Shown: positions 22,470-33,711 of the stretch, one piece after another | Numbering within the stretch: position 1 is the first letter of the stretch | Layout: each line of letters begins with the position of its first letter | Assembly (NCBI RefSeq): GCF_035084215.1 | Contig: NW_027139268.1 | Span: 186,001 to 250,000, forward strand | DNA: 64,000 nucleotides | Reading direction: 5' to 3' | Source: Heptranchias perlo | Lineage: Eukaryota | Notes under the pieces: model-generated | Databases searched by the model: none | What the model was told of the DNA's origin: nothing | The model's input: only the letters and a program-made list of their open reading frames with translations | Translations under genes and position numbers: made by a program

Positions 22470-25400
22470 TCTGTGTTGTCTTACATCGAGTCCAGGGTGA
22501 GCTGCGTCTTCCTCCAGTGTCGAGCTATTGGACTCATTGTTCAGGCCAGAGGCCAGCAGGATGCCTGGGATAACGATGAGATGTTGCTTTTGAAGCATGT
22601 GTTGAGCCTTGTTAAAACAGCGTACGAGACTAGTGATGGGGAGGTCAGAGTGGGAATGGGAGGGGAGATAAATTGGCAAGGCACAGGTAGCTCGATCGCA
22701 CGTGCAGGCAGGATGGAGGAGTTTGGCCAAGCGGTCACCGAGTCTGCATTTGTACCCTACGGATCCCCTAATATAGAGGAGACCACACCGTGATCAGCGA
22801 ATAGGGTACACTAGATTAGAAGAAACAGAAGTAAATTGCGGTTTCACATGGAAGGACCATTTGGGGCCCTGAACATTGGTGCAGGAGGAGGTGAATGGGC
22901 AGGTGTTGCCTTACAGGAACTTACCAGAGGACTATCAGATGGAAGCTGGAGTGTTGGAAGAGTCAACCAGGGTGTCGCAGATGGAGCGATCCCTCGAGAT
23001 AGTAGAGAAGGGAGGATAGCAGTGGGATTATAATGGAAAATGATCTGGCGAATGGGGAAGCAGGTGGGGTGGAGGGTAAGGACCGGGGGTGGGGTGGGCT
23101 CGATCACAGGTATGAGGGGAAGGGGAAAGGGTCAGGACAGAAGAACAGGAAATGCAATGGACAAGGTTTAGGGCCCTGTTGACCAGAACAGAGGGGAATC
23201 TTTGGTGGAGGAAAGAAAGAGAACATTTCAGGTGCAGAGGATGGGAGCGGTCAGAGCCGAGGAGATGGGAGCGGTCAGAGCCGAGGAGATGGGAGCGGTC
23301 AGAGCCGAGGAGATGGGAGCGGTCAGAGCCGAGGAGATGGGAGCGGTCAGAGCCGAGGAGCTGCGAGTGGTCAGAGCCGAGGAGATGGGAGTGGTCAGAG
23401 CCTAGGAGATGGGAGTGGACAGAGCCGAGGAGATGGGAGTGGACAGAGCCGAGGAGATGGGAGTGGTCAGAGCCGAGGAGATGGGAGTGGTCAGAGCCGA
23501 GGAGATGGGAGTGGTCCTAGCTGAGGAGATGGGAGTGGTCAGAGCCGAGGAGCTGGGAGTGGTCAGAGCCGAGGAGATGGGAGTAGTCAGAGCCGAGGAG
23601 ATGGGAGTGGTCAGAGCCGATGAGCTGGGAGTGGTCAGAGCCGAGGAGATGGGAGTGGACAGAGCCGAGGAGATGGGAGTGGTCAGAGCCGAGGAGATGG
23701 GAGTGGACAGAGCCGAGGAGATGGGAGTGGACAGAGCCGAGGAGATGGGAGCGGTCAGAGCCGAGGAGATGGGAGTGGTCAGAGCCGATGAGCTGGGAGT
23801 GGTCAGAGCCGAGGAGATGGGAGTGGACAGAGCCGAGGAGATGGGAGTGGACAGAGCCGAGGAGATGGGAGCGGTCAGAGCCGAGGAGATGGGAGTGGTC
23901 AGAGCCGAGGAGATGGGAGTGGTCAGAGCCGAGGAGATGGGAGTGGTCAGAGCCGAGGAGATGGGAGTGGTCAGAGCCGAGGAGATGGGAGTGGTCAGAG
24001 CCGAGGAGATGAGAACGGTCAGAGCCGAGGAGATGGGAGTGGACAGAGCCGAGGAGATGGGAGTGGACAGAGCCGAGGAGATGGGAGTGGTCAGAGCCGA
24101 TGAGCTGGGAGTGGTCAGAGCCGAGGAGATGGGAGTGGACAGAGCCGAGGAGATGGGAGTGGTCAGAGCCGAGGAGATGGGAGTGGACAGAGCCGAGGAG
24201 ATGGGAGCGGACAGAGCCGAGGAGATGGGAGCGGTCAGAGCCGAGGAGATGGGAGCGGTCAGAGCCGATGAGCTGGGAGTGGTCAGAGCCGAGGAGATGG
24301 GAGTGGACAGAGCCGAGGAGATGGGAGTGGACAGAGCCGAGGAGATGGGAGCGGTCAGAGCCGAGGAGATGGGAGTGGTCAGAGCCGAGGAGATGGGAGC
24401 GGTCAGAGCCGAGGAGATGGGAGTGGTCAGAGCCGAGGAGATGGGAGTGGTCAGAGCCGAGGAGATGGGAGTGGTCAGAGCCGAGGAGATGAGAACGGTC
24501 AGAGCCGAGGAGATGGGAGTGGACAGAGCCGAGGAGATGGGAGTGGACAGAGCCGAGGAGATGGGAGCGGTCAGAGCCGAGGAGATGGGAACGGTCAGAG
24601 CCGAGGAGATGGGAGTGGACAGAGCCGAGGAGATGGGAGTGGTCAGAGCCGAGGAGATGGGAACGGTCAGAGCCGAGGAGATGGGAGTGGACAGAGCCGA
24701 GGAGATGGGAGTGGACAGAGCCGAGGAGATGGGAGCGGTCAGAGCCGAGGAGATGGGAACGGTCAGAGCCGAGGAGATGGGAGTGGACAGAGCCGAGGAG
24801 ATGGGAGTGGTCAGAGCCGAGGAGATGGGAACGGTCAGAGCCGAGGAGATGGGAGCGGTCAGAGCCGAGGAGATGGAGAAACTGACAGAAAGGGATGGAG
24901 TCTTTACAGGATGTGAGATGGGAAGAAGCATACTCCAGTTAGCTGTGGGAGTTGGCGGGCTTGCAGTAGACGTCAGTGGAAAGCCCATCGCCGGAGACAG
25001 AGAGTAGTCCAGGAAGGGAAGAGATGGACCATGCGAAGGTGAGGGGTGGGTGAAAATTGGAATTATAGTTAATTCAACTCTCAAGATCGGAGCAAGAGCG
25101 AGAAGCAGCACCACACAGTCCGTGTAATGAAAGCAGAGCTCAGGGAGGGGGTTTGGATGGGACTGGAACCGGGTTCAACATAACCTACAAAAAGACAAGC
25201 ATTGCTGGGCCCCGTGCCCATTTACACAGTGACACCTTTTATCGGGGGGAAGTGAGTGGAGTTTTTCAGGGTGAGGGTAAGTTCAGCCAGGCAGAAGGGG
25301 ATGGTGGTGGATTGGGACTGATTGGCCTGCTGTTCAAAGAAGAGGCATCAGAATTTCAGACTGGCCTTGTGAGGCCTTGTGAGGGATGCAGGCGCAGAGA

Positions 25401-25945
25401 GGCCTTATATCCATAGTGAAAAGAAAATGATTGGGGCCGCAAAATCTAAAATCATTTAAGTGGCACAAAGGTGTCAGAGTAGTCTCCTATAGGTTGGTAG
25501 GGCCTGGACAAGGAGAGAAAGAGATAGGTCAAAATAGGAGGAAATTGTTTCAGCGGGACAGGAGTAGGCTGGAACGATCAGACAATTGGGAAAGGTGTGT
25601 TTCGTACCTTAGGGAGGAGGTGGAAACGGGCTTGACCGAGTTGGGGAAGGATGAGGTTCAAGGCAATGGGGAGAAAGATCACCAGAAGAGATGAGACCAA
25701 TCACAGTCTGGGAAATAATGGCTTGGGGTCATGGTCCAAATGGAGATCGGAATTGTTCGAGTTGGCGTTTGGTCTGAGCAAGTTGGAGATCCTTCTACCA
25801 ACCAACAGTGGCGCCTACATCTCAGCAGGTTTGATATTGATGTTGGGGTTAGAATTGAGGGAAGGGAGAGATGCAAGTGAAGAGGGAGATCAATTAGAGC
25901 AAGGGCAACTCTCGCTGAGAAGATCGAGAGATGGCAAGACTCCCG
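22470..25945 (-). mobile_element. decayed Penelope-like element (RT + GIY-YIG endonuclease) split by a 24-bp satellite
   Basis: Minus strand: IKGVTV*MGTGPSNACLFVGYVE (RT), CKDSIPFCQFL, VQGPKWSFHVKPQFTSVSSNLVYPIR*SRCGLLYI (GIY-YIG), SHSHSDL...QKQHLI...SGLN (C-terminus); many stops and frameshifts. Confidence 0.82.
23236..24877. repeat. 24-bp minisatellite (GAGCCGAGGAGATGGGAGTGGTCA), ~68 copies
   Basis: 8-aa periodic ORFs; ~480-bp higher-order duplication (23620 vs 24100). Confidence 0.96.
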
Positions 25946-25947
25946 AG

Positions 25948-26199
25948 TAAGGTCGACTGCCCTCCAGGATTGTCCTGGATTCTGGTGAATTAAAGATTGA
26001 TCTCCTGGACACTGCTGTGAGTAGCCCGGGAGAAAAATAACAGGGGCATTAAAAAATTGTGTATTATTTTTCATTTTCTTTGAACACTTTTGTTTATTAG
26101 TTATAAAAATGGTGGAGATGGGGAAAAAGGCTGTTTGACCGGGTGGGGCAGTTGGAGACCGGAGGTCATGTGATGAAACCCACCAGAGTTGGCAACCTG
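25948..26199. mobile_element. old non-autonomous DNA transposon (possible hAT-type, GTTGGCAACC end)
   Basis: Right end AGAGTTGGCAACCT; left end is only a degenerate inverted match. Confidence 0.4.
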
Positions 26200-26375
26200 A
26201 CGCCAGAGAGAGGTCCAGGAGGATAGAGAGGGATGGAGGCAGAAGACAGGGTCAGATGTACGATGGGGACCCGACCTGTGCTGGACTGGGTCTGTGAGAC
26301 AGTGAGGAGGATCCCAACATCACTGGGTTTTAAATTGATGAGGGTGTGTGATTGGTATTGGAGGCTACAGTGTAT

Positions 26376-27988
26376 GATACCCAGTGGTGGTGCACCGTGG
26401 GATACCCAGTGCCCGTGTCGCCGTGGGATACCCAGTGCCCGTGTTGCCGTGGGATACCCAGTGCCCGTGTCGCCGTGGGATACCCAGTGGTGGTGCACCG
26501 TGGGATACCCAGTGCCCGTGTCGCCGTGGGATACCCAGTGCCCGTGTCGCCGTGGGATACCCAGTGCCCATGTCGCCGTGGGATACCCAGTGCCCGTGTC
26601 ACCGTGGGATACCCAGTGGTGGTGCACCGTGGGATACCCAGTGCCCGTGTCGCCGTGGGATACCCAGTGCCCGTGTCGCCGTGGGATACCCAGTGCCCAT
26701 GTCGCTGTGGGATACCCAGTGCCCGTGTCGCCGTGGGATACCCAGTGCCCATGTCGCCGTGGGATACCCAGTGCCCATGTCGCCGTGGGATACCCAGTGC
26801 CCGTGTCGCCGTGGGATACCCAGTACCCGTGTCGCCGTGGGATACCCAGTGCCCGTGTCGCCGTGGGATACCCAGTGCCCGTGTCGCCGTGGGATACCCA
26901 GTGCCCGTGTCGCCGTGGGATACCCAGTGCCCGTGTCGCCGTGGGATACCCAGTGCACGTGTCGCCGTGGGATACCTAGTGCACGTGTCGCCGTGGGATA
27001 CCCCGTGCCCGTGTCGCCGTGGGATACCCAGTGCCCTGTCGTTATGGGATACCCAGTGCCCGTGTCGCCGTGGGATACCCAGTGGCAGTGTCATCATAGG
27101 ATACCCAGTGGCAGTGTCACCATGGGATACCCAGTGCCCGTGTCGCCGTGGGATACCCAGTGGCAGTGTCATCATAGGATACCCAGTGGCAGTGTCACCA
27201 TGGGATACCCAGTGCCCGTGTCGCCGTGGGATACCCAGTGGCAGTGTCATCATGGGATACCCAGTGCTCATGTCGCCGTGGGATACCCAGTGCCCATGTC
27301 GCCGTGGGATACCCAGTGCCCATGTCGCCGTGGGATACCCAGTGGCGGTGTCGCCGTGGGATACCCAGTGCCCGTGTCGCCGTGGGATACCCAGTGCCCG
27401 TGTCGCCGTGGGATACCCAGTGGCAGTGTCGCCGTGGGATACCCAGTGCCCGTGTCGCCGTGGGATACCCAGTGGCGGTGTCGCCGTGGGATACCCAGTG
27501 CCCGTGTCGCCGTGGGATAACCAGTGGCAGTGTCGCCGTGGGATACCCGGTGCCAGTGTCGCCGTGGGATACCCAGTGCTCGTGTCGCCGTTGGATACCC
27601 AGTGGTGATGTCGCCATGAGATACCCGGTGCCCTGTCGTTATGGGATACCCGGTGCCCTGTCGTTATGGGATACCCAGTGCCCTGTCGTTATGGGATACC
27701 CAGTGCCCTGTCGTTATGGGATACCCAGTGCCCTGTCGTTATGGGATACCCAGTGCCCGTGTCGCCGTGGGATACCCAGTGCCCTGTCGTTATGGGATAC
27801 CCGGTGCCCTGTCGTTATGGGATACCCAGTGCCCTGTCGTTATGGGATACCCGGTGCCCTGTCGTTATGGGATACCCAGTGCCCTGTCGTTATGGGATAC
27901 CCGGTGCCCTGTCGTTATGGGATACCCGGTGCCCTGTCGTTATGGGATACCCGGTGCCCTGTCGTTATGGGATACCCAGTGCCCATGT
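26376..27988. repeat. 26-bp/25-bp CpG-rich minisatellite (GTGGGATACCCAGTGCCCGTGTCGCC grading into ATGGGATACCCRGTGCCCTGTCGTT)
   Basis: Direct periodicity with polarized variant distribution. Confidence 0.95.
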
Positions 27989-28019
27989 TGCTGTGTGTGC
28001 AGGAAATCCCGCTCCCAGC

Positions 28020-28112
28020 TCTGCCTGATTGGCTGGCACCTGTGATTGACATTTCACAGGTGGGCGGGTTTGAGTGCCAGCGCTGCCCCTGATTGGCCTC
28101 TGATGATGTCAG
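28020..28112 (+). promoter_or_regulatory. putative Pol II promoter: two inverted CCAAT boxes, a GC box and a CRE-like site
   Basis: CTGATTGG at ~28025 and ~28089, GGGCGGG at ~28063, TGATGTCA at ~28104. Confidence 0.5.
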
Positions 28113-28149
28113 TGCTCTCTGATTTTCTCTGCCCCTTTTTTTGCTGCAG

Positions 28150-28197
28150 GTTCAGTTCCTGCCTGCGTCTGCAAACAAAGTGAGAGGAGTGGAGATG
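28150..28197 (+). other. putative small 5' exon ending ATG|GTGAGT, possibly of the ZNF gene
   Basis: Polypyrimidine tract + CAG acceptor at 28149; strong GTGAGT donor at 28198. Confidence 0.4.
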
Positions 28198-28644
28198 GTG
28201 AGTGAAGGAATGGGGTTTGTGCAGATTTTATACAGTAAAATACCCATTAATGTTCAGGCAGTCTGAATATCCTGTGGGGAAACAGGAAGGGAACAGAAAT
28301 GCCCCTTGAGCTGTGAGAGGATCCAGCTGAGAGGCCTGTTTACTCAGTGCTTTGTACTGAACTGTTTGGCTGGGGCTGAGTGTTGGATATTGGATGTGTT
28401 TATCGGAAGCTGGGATTTGTACACAGCATTTCCCTTCCGATTTACAGGCTGAGTTTTGTTCATGGGTCATTGCTGATAATGAGACGGTGAGGTGTGATTA
28501 TCTGGGAGGTGCAGAGTGTCTGAGGATTCTTATAGATTTCCTGTCTGTGATGAGAATCCATTGCTAGTGAGAGCCATTCTCTCTGAGGGCTCCTGCTGTA
28601 ATGAAGTCTGATGTTGTCTAGTTTCTTGTAAATAAGTCTGTTTA

Positions 28645-28797
28645 AGAACCAGGTCAGGCCTGGGCCTGGTCATGACACCCATCCCACACCAACACGGTTG
28701 ACTGTTAACTGCTCTCTGAAGGGGTGTCGTGAACCACTCAGTTGTACCAGGGATGGGCGATAAATGCCAGTCTTGCCAGTGACGCCGAAATCCCGAG
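28645..28797 (+). mobile_element. SINE fragment: LINE 5'-region body fused directly to LINE 3' tail
   Basis: GGTTGACTGTTAACTGCTCTCTGAA..CCACTCAGTTGTA (cf. reverse complement of 37886-37945) joined to GGGATGGGCGATAAATGCC..GCCAGTGACGCC (cf. 39011-39050). Confidence 0.7.
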
Positions 28798-29726
28798 AAA
28801 CAGAAATAGCCGGGGAAACACAGCAGGCCAGTCGGCACCTGCAGGGCGAACCGGCAGACGGTGTTGTAGCTTTTTTTGGTTCAGGTTTCCAGCATTTGCA
28901 AAATTTTGCTTTTTATTAATTTGTGCTGTCGATTTTTTCCGAGGGCAGTTTAACGGGTTTTGTTCCGATGTGTTTGATTGGCAGCTCTTTTCCAATTCAG
29001 CGGCCAGTTCTTTAAATTCTGCTCCTGTTCCCTGTTAGCAGCCTGTCTCTTTCAAATCAGCGACTAGCTTTTGCAGAGAGTTTCAGCGATGTTAGAGAGT
29101 TCGTCAGATTGCATAGATGGTGAGAAAAATAAAAGAACCACTCTGTAAGGAATGACTGATTTCTCGTTTTAGCGCAGGAGAGAGGTGCTAGTTATTATTT
29201 TTACCACACGAGGAACTGACTGAGGTAAACAACTCCTGTAAAATATATTGTCAATGTTACTATTCACCTATCCTATTACTGTTTGACAGTTAAAGCCTAA
29301 GACAAGGTGCAGTGTAGTATTACACTCCCATCGTTCGAAGACGAGGAGGGTTCTGTGACGATATGGGATCGGACCGGTCACTGAAATCATCTGAGAAGGG
29401 GTCTCTGTTCATTACCTGGGCATGGTATGAATTTTACCCAGATATCAGGGCAAGTGAAAATCCTCTCTGGGACAGAGGGAGTGAGAACGCACCTACAATC
29501 TGAAGCAAAGTCAAAGATATCTAGAGTATGAAAGGTACAAGAAACCCAAAAATAAATCAAGAGGGAGTGTGGAATTTCCAGCCCTTAACGCAGGAGCCAT
29601 TAGTTTGATCAAATCAAATTTAATCACCAGTTATAAGGATGAAATGGTATAAATAGTTTCTTGCAGGCGATTGCATTGGTAATGGAGAAAAAACATTGCT
29701 CAGGATTGAGTGAGTTCGGCAGAAAA

Positions 29727-30630
29727 CCTGAGACCTTCACTCAGTGGGACTGAGGGATACGGACATGGCAAGGTGGCCGCAGCAGGACTGAGGGATATGG
29801 GCGGGGAAGCTGAGACCCTCACTCAGTGGGACTGAGGGATATGGGCGGGGAAGCTGAGACCCTCACTCAGTGGGACTGAGGGATATGGGCAGGAAAACTG
29901 GGACCCTCACTCAGTGGGACTGAGGGATATGGACAGGGAAACTGGGACCCTCACTCAGTGGGACGGAGGGATATGGGCAGGGAAACTGAGACCCTCACTC
30001 AGTGGGACGTAGGGATATGGGCGGGGAAACTGAGACCCTCACTCAGTGGGACGGAGGGATATGGGCGGGGAAACTGGGACCCTCACTCAGTGGGACGGAG
30101 GGATATGGGCAGGGAAACTGAGACCCTCACTCAGTGGGATGGAGGGATATGGACATCGCAAGGGGGTCTCAGTGGGACTGAGGGATATGGGCAGGGAAAC
30201 TGAGACCCTCACTCAGTGGGACTGAGGGATATGGGCAGGGAAACTGAGACCCTCACTCAGTGGGACGGAGGGATATGGGCGGGGAAACTGGGACCCTCAC
30301 TCAGTGGGACGGAGGGATATGGGCAGGGAAACTGAGACCCTCACTCAGTGGGATGGAGGGATATGGACAGGGAAACAGACCCTCACTCTGGGACTGAGGG
30401 ATATGGGCAGGGAAACTGAGACCCTCACTCAGTGGGACTGAGGGATATGGGCAGGGAAACTGAGACCCTCACTCAGTGGGACTGAGGGATGTGGACATCG
30501 CAAGGGGGTCTCAGTGGGACTGAGGGATATGGGCAGGGAAACTGAGACCCTCACTCAGTGGGACTGAGGGATATGGGCAGGGAAACTGAGACCCTCACTT
30601 AGTGGGACTGAGGGATGTGGACATCGCAAG
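29727..30630. repeat. 44-bp minisatellite containing the hairpin CTCAGT-GGG-ACTGAG
   Basis: Periodicity 44 (30181 vs 30225). Confidence 0.93.
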
Positions 30631-30634
30631 GGAG

Positions 30635-30928
30635 TCTCAGTTGGACCGAGTGATATGGGCAGCACAGGGGTGCCTCAGTTGGACCGAGTGATATGGGCAG
30701 CACAGGGGTGCCTCAGTTGGACCGAGTGATATGGGCAGCACAGGGGTGCCTCAGTTGGACCGAGTGATATGGGCAGCACAAGGGAGTCTCAGTTGGACCG
30801 AGTGATATGGGCAGCACAGGGGTGCCTCAGTTGGACCGAGTGATATGGGCAGCACAAGGGGGTCTCAGTTGGACCGAGTGATATGGGCAGCACAAGGGTG
30901 CCTCAGTTGGACCGAGTGATATGGGCAG
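30635..30928. repeat. 38-bp minisatellite related to the adjacent 44-mer
   Basis: Periodicity 38 (30661 vs 30699); shares CTCAGT.GGAC.GAG.GATATGGGCAG. Confidence 0.9.
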
Positions 30929-32529
30929 GCAGCATGGCAGCTGAGACCCTTCCTTCTTCACTCTCCTCTTCATTTGAAGATTTGTAGTTTGGTTACCGAA
31001 GGCGTGGCTCATAGTGAGTGTGGGGAAATGTCAGTGGGCATGGTTGAGGTGCTGTATTGTGTGGGTGGAATTGGAGAGGACACATCATTCAGCCAGTCCA
31101 GATTACACTCGAGAGTTGTGGTCTCCACTGATGTATCTAGCAGGGGTAAAGGGGGTCACACAGCTTGTGGCGAACATTCAAGCCACAAGCCGTTGTTGTA
31201 CTCAATGATTGGGAAGAAACTTATTGTCATGTGGACATTGTACAGATTGTAGCTGTAAATCTGCCCTTTTCACAATCCACTGACTTGGTTAAATTCAGCA
31301 TGGGACAAAACTGCTGCTTTCCGACAGTGAGCACTGAATTACAAGTGTGTGACTCTCACATCGCCCATCGCAGAGATGAAGCGAATGGGAATATAGATAG
31401 GTTATCTCGTCAGTGGAGAGTCATGGCTAGACAGCAATCCTCAAAAACCCCTTCAAAGGGGGAGCAGTAATGTGACAAAAGCCACGGTACTGTCATTATA
31501 TAAAGAACTGACAGCTTATCAATATTCTCTTCATGTCCACATCAATTTGATAGCGATTTCTGACACTAATTTTAGAGTTTGAAAATAACTAGGCACACTT
31601 TACACAAACAAGTGCCTCCTTACTCTGATACTGTTCGTAAACTGCACTCAATTGGTAACTCAAAGCCTGGGATCCAGAGAGCTACGTGACGAGGGAGAGA
31701 TGGTGAAGGAAAGATAGTGGTGATATGTAGGTGAAGGACAAGGACTGAGGGAGTATGACCGGGGGTGGTACTGAGCCTTACTGGACAGTCAAATGCAGCT
31801 TTTCTCCATAGTCTGTGCTGAGTTAGTTAATTGAACCGGATTGGTCATTACTGGGGTCCTTGAACTAGGAAAGGGGGAATTGAAACCAGTGTGTGTCCCC
31901 GATCACTATCCTGTGACCCCTGCTGGAAAGAGTGAGTGTCGAGGGAGAGCAGTATGAGGTTTGGTTCTGATGAGCCCCATGGTTGAATAACCTGCAGACT
32001 CTCACTGAGGGGCAATCTCCTTCAGCAAAGGAGAGAGAGAGAGGATTGGAGAAAAAGTGATTATTTTTAAAATTGTTTTCCAGAAAACCCGTGCCGTATT
32101 AAACCACAATTTGTACCGAGAATACTGGGAGGATTTAAACCACAGACACATCCTGACCATCACCCAAGGAACAATTCCACAGTAATTCCAACTCGGGCGG
32201 GAGAACTCTGGCATGTTATCGAAGCTGAAACTGGTGAGCGATACCGAGTGGCCCCTCAAAGCCCACGTCTCGAGGCTCGGCTGTGGGCGGCTGTTTACAG
32301 GTGGGGCTGGTGAGCACTTCGTCAAGTTGTCCAATCAGTGAATCTCACGGTCGGCAAAGATCCTGTAACGCTGACATTCTGACAGAGGTGGAGAGGCTGT
32401 TCGACCATGAGGTGCGTGAGAAGGGCCTCCTGCTAAACACGCCTGCACAGGACGAAGCATTTCAAGGGTAAGGTTTTTGACGAAGCCTTAGTGCGACTGT
32501 TGTGCGTCCTGTGACACAAGGGCGGCTAC

Positions 32530-33711
32530 ATGGGGGAGAAACCGTACAAGTGTGACGTGTGTAACAAGGGCTTCGCGCAGTCATACACCCTCCAGGTCCA
32601 CCAACGTGCCCACAGAGGGGACAAACCGTTCAAGTGCGAGATCTGCGGCAAAGCGTTTGTGACGTCCGTGGGCCTCCTGGAACATCACCGCACCCACACG
32701 GGCGAGAGACCGTTCCGCTGCGAGGTTTGTGGCAGAACCTTTGTGAAGTCGTCTCGCCTCCGGGAACACCAGCGCACCCACACGGGGGAGAAACCGTTCA
32801 AGTGCGAGGTGTGCGAGCAGGCTTTCACGCAGTTGGCGTTCCTCGTCAGTCACCGGCGTGTCCACACGGGGGAGAAGCCTTTCAAGTGTCAGGTGTGTGA
32901 GAAGTCCTTCACCCAGTCGTCGACTCTCCTGCAACACCGGCGGATCCACACGGGGGAGAAACCGTTCAAGTGCGAGGTCTGCGGCAAAGCCTTCTCACGG
33001 TCACTGTGCCTCGTGGAACACCAGCGTATCCACACGGGGGAGAAACCGTTCAGGTGCGAGGTCTGCGACAAAGGTTTTGCAAAGTCGACGCAGCTGCTGA
33101 TACACCAGCGTATCCACACCGGGGAGAAGCCGTTCAGGTGCGAGGTTTGCGAGAAAGCCTTTACGCAGCTGATATTTCTCCAGGTCCACCAGCGCACTCA
33201 CACGGGGGAGAGGCCGTTCAAGTGCGAGGTGTGTAAGAAAGCTTTCACACAGTCGTCAAACCTCCAGGTCCACCAGCGCACTCACACGGGGGAGAGGCCG
33301 TTCAAGTGCGAGGTGTGTAAGAAAGCTTTCACACAGTCCTCAAACCTCCGGGTGCACCAGCGTATCCACACCGGGGAGAAGCTGTTCAGGTGCGAGGTTT
33401 GCGAAAAAGCCTTCACGCAGCTGATATTTCTCCAGGTCCACCAGCACACCCACACGGGGGAGAAACCGTTCAAGTGCGAGGCTTGTGACAAAGCTTACAC
33501 ACAGTTACCAAACCTCCGGGCGCATCAGCGCACCCACACAGGAGAGAGACCGTTCAGGTGCGAGGTGTGTGAGAAAGCTTTTGTACGATCATCTTCCCTT
33601 CTGGTACATCAGCGCACCCACACAGGGGAGAAACCGTTCAGGTGCGAGGTTTGCGATAAGGCCTTTACTCAGTCATCCTCGCTTCTGGTGCATCAGCGCA
33701 CGCACAGGTGA
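32530..33711 (+). CDS. tandem C2H2 zinc-finger protein, 14 fingers, no effector domain visible
   Basis: 14 intact C-x2-C-x12-H-x3-H units with TGEKPF-type linkers in one exon; an in-frame stop at ~32512 lies upstream of the ATG. Confidence 0.88.
   Translation: MGEKPYKCDVCNKGFAQSYTLQVHQRAHRGDKPFKCEICGKAFVTSVGLLEHHRTHTGERPFRCEVCGRTFVKSSRLREHQRTHTGEKPFKCEVCEQAFTQLAFLVSHRRVHTGEKPFKCQVCEKSFTQSSTLLQHRRIHTGEKPFKCEVCGKAFSRSLCLVEHQRIHTGEKPFRCEVCDKGFAKSTQLLIHQRIHTGEKPFRCEVCEKAFTQLIFLQVHQRTHTGERPFKCEVCKKAFTQSSNLQVHQRTHTGERPFKCEVCKKAFTQSSNLRVHQRIHTGEKLFRCEVCEKAFTQLIFLQVHQHTHTGEKPFKCEACDKAYTQLPNLRAHQRTHTGERPFRCEVCEKAFVRSSSLLVHQRTHTGEKPFRCEVCDKAFTQSSSLLVHQRTHR

Noticed and set aside
20200-28092. Long ORFs over the 42-, 24- and 26-bp arrays
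   Set aside because: Open in multiple overlapping frames because of repeat composition; no coding flanks.
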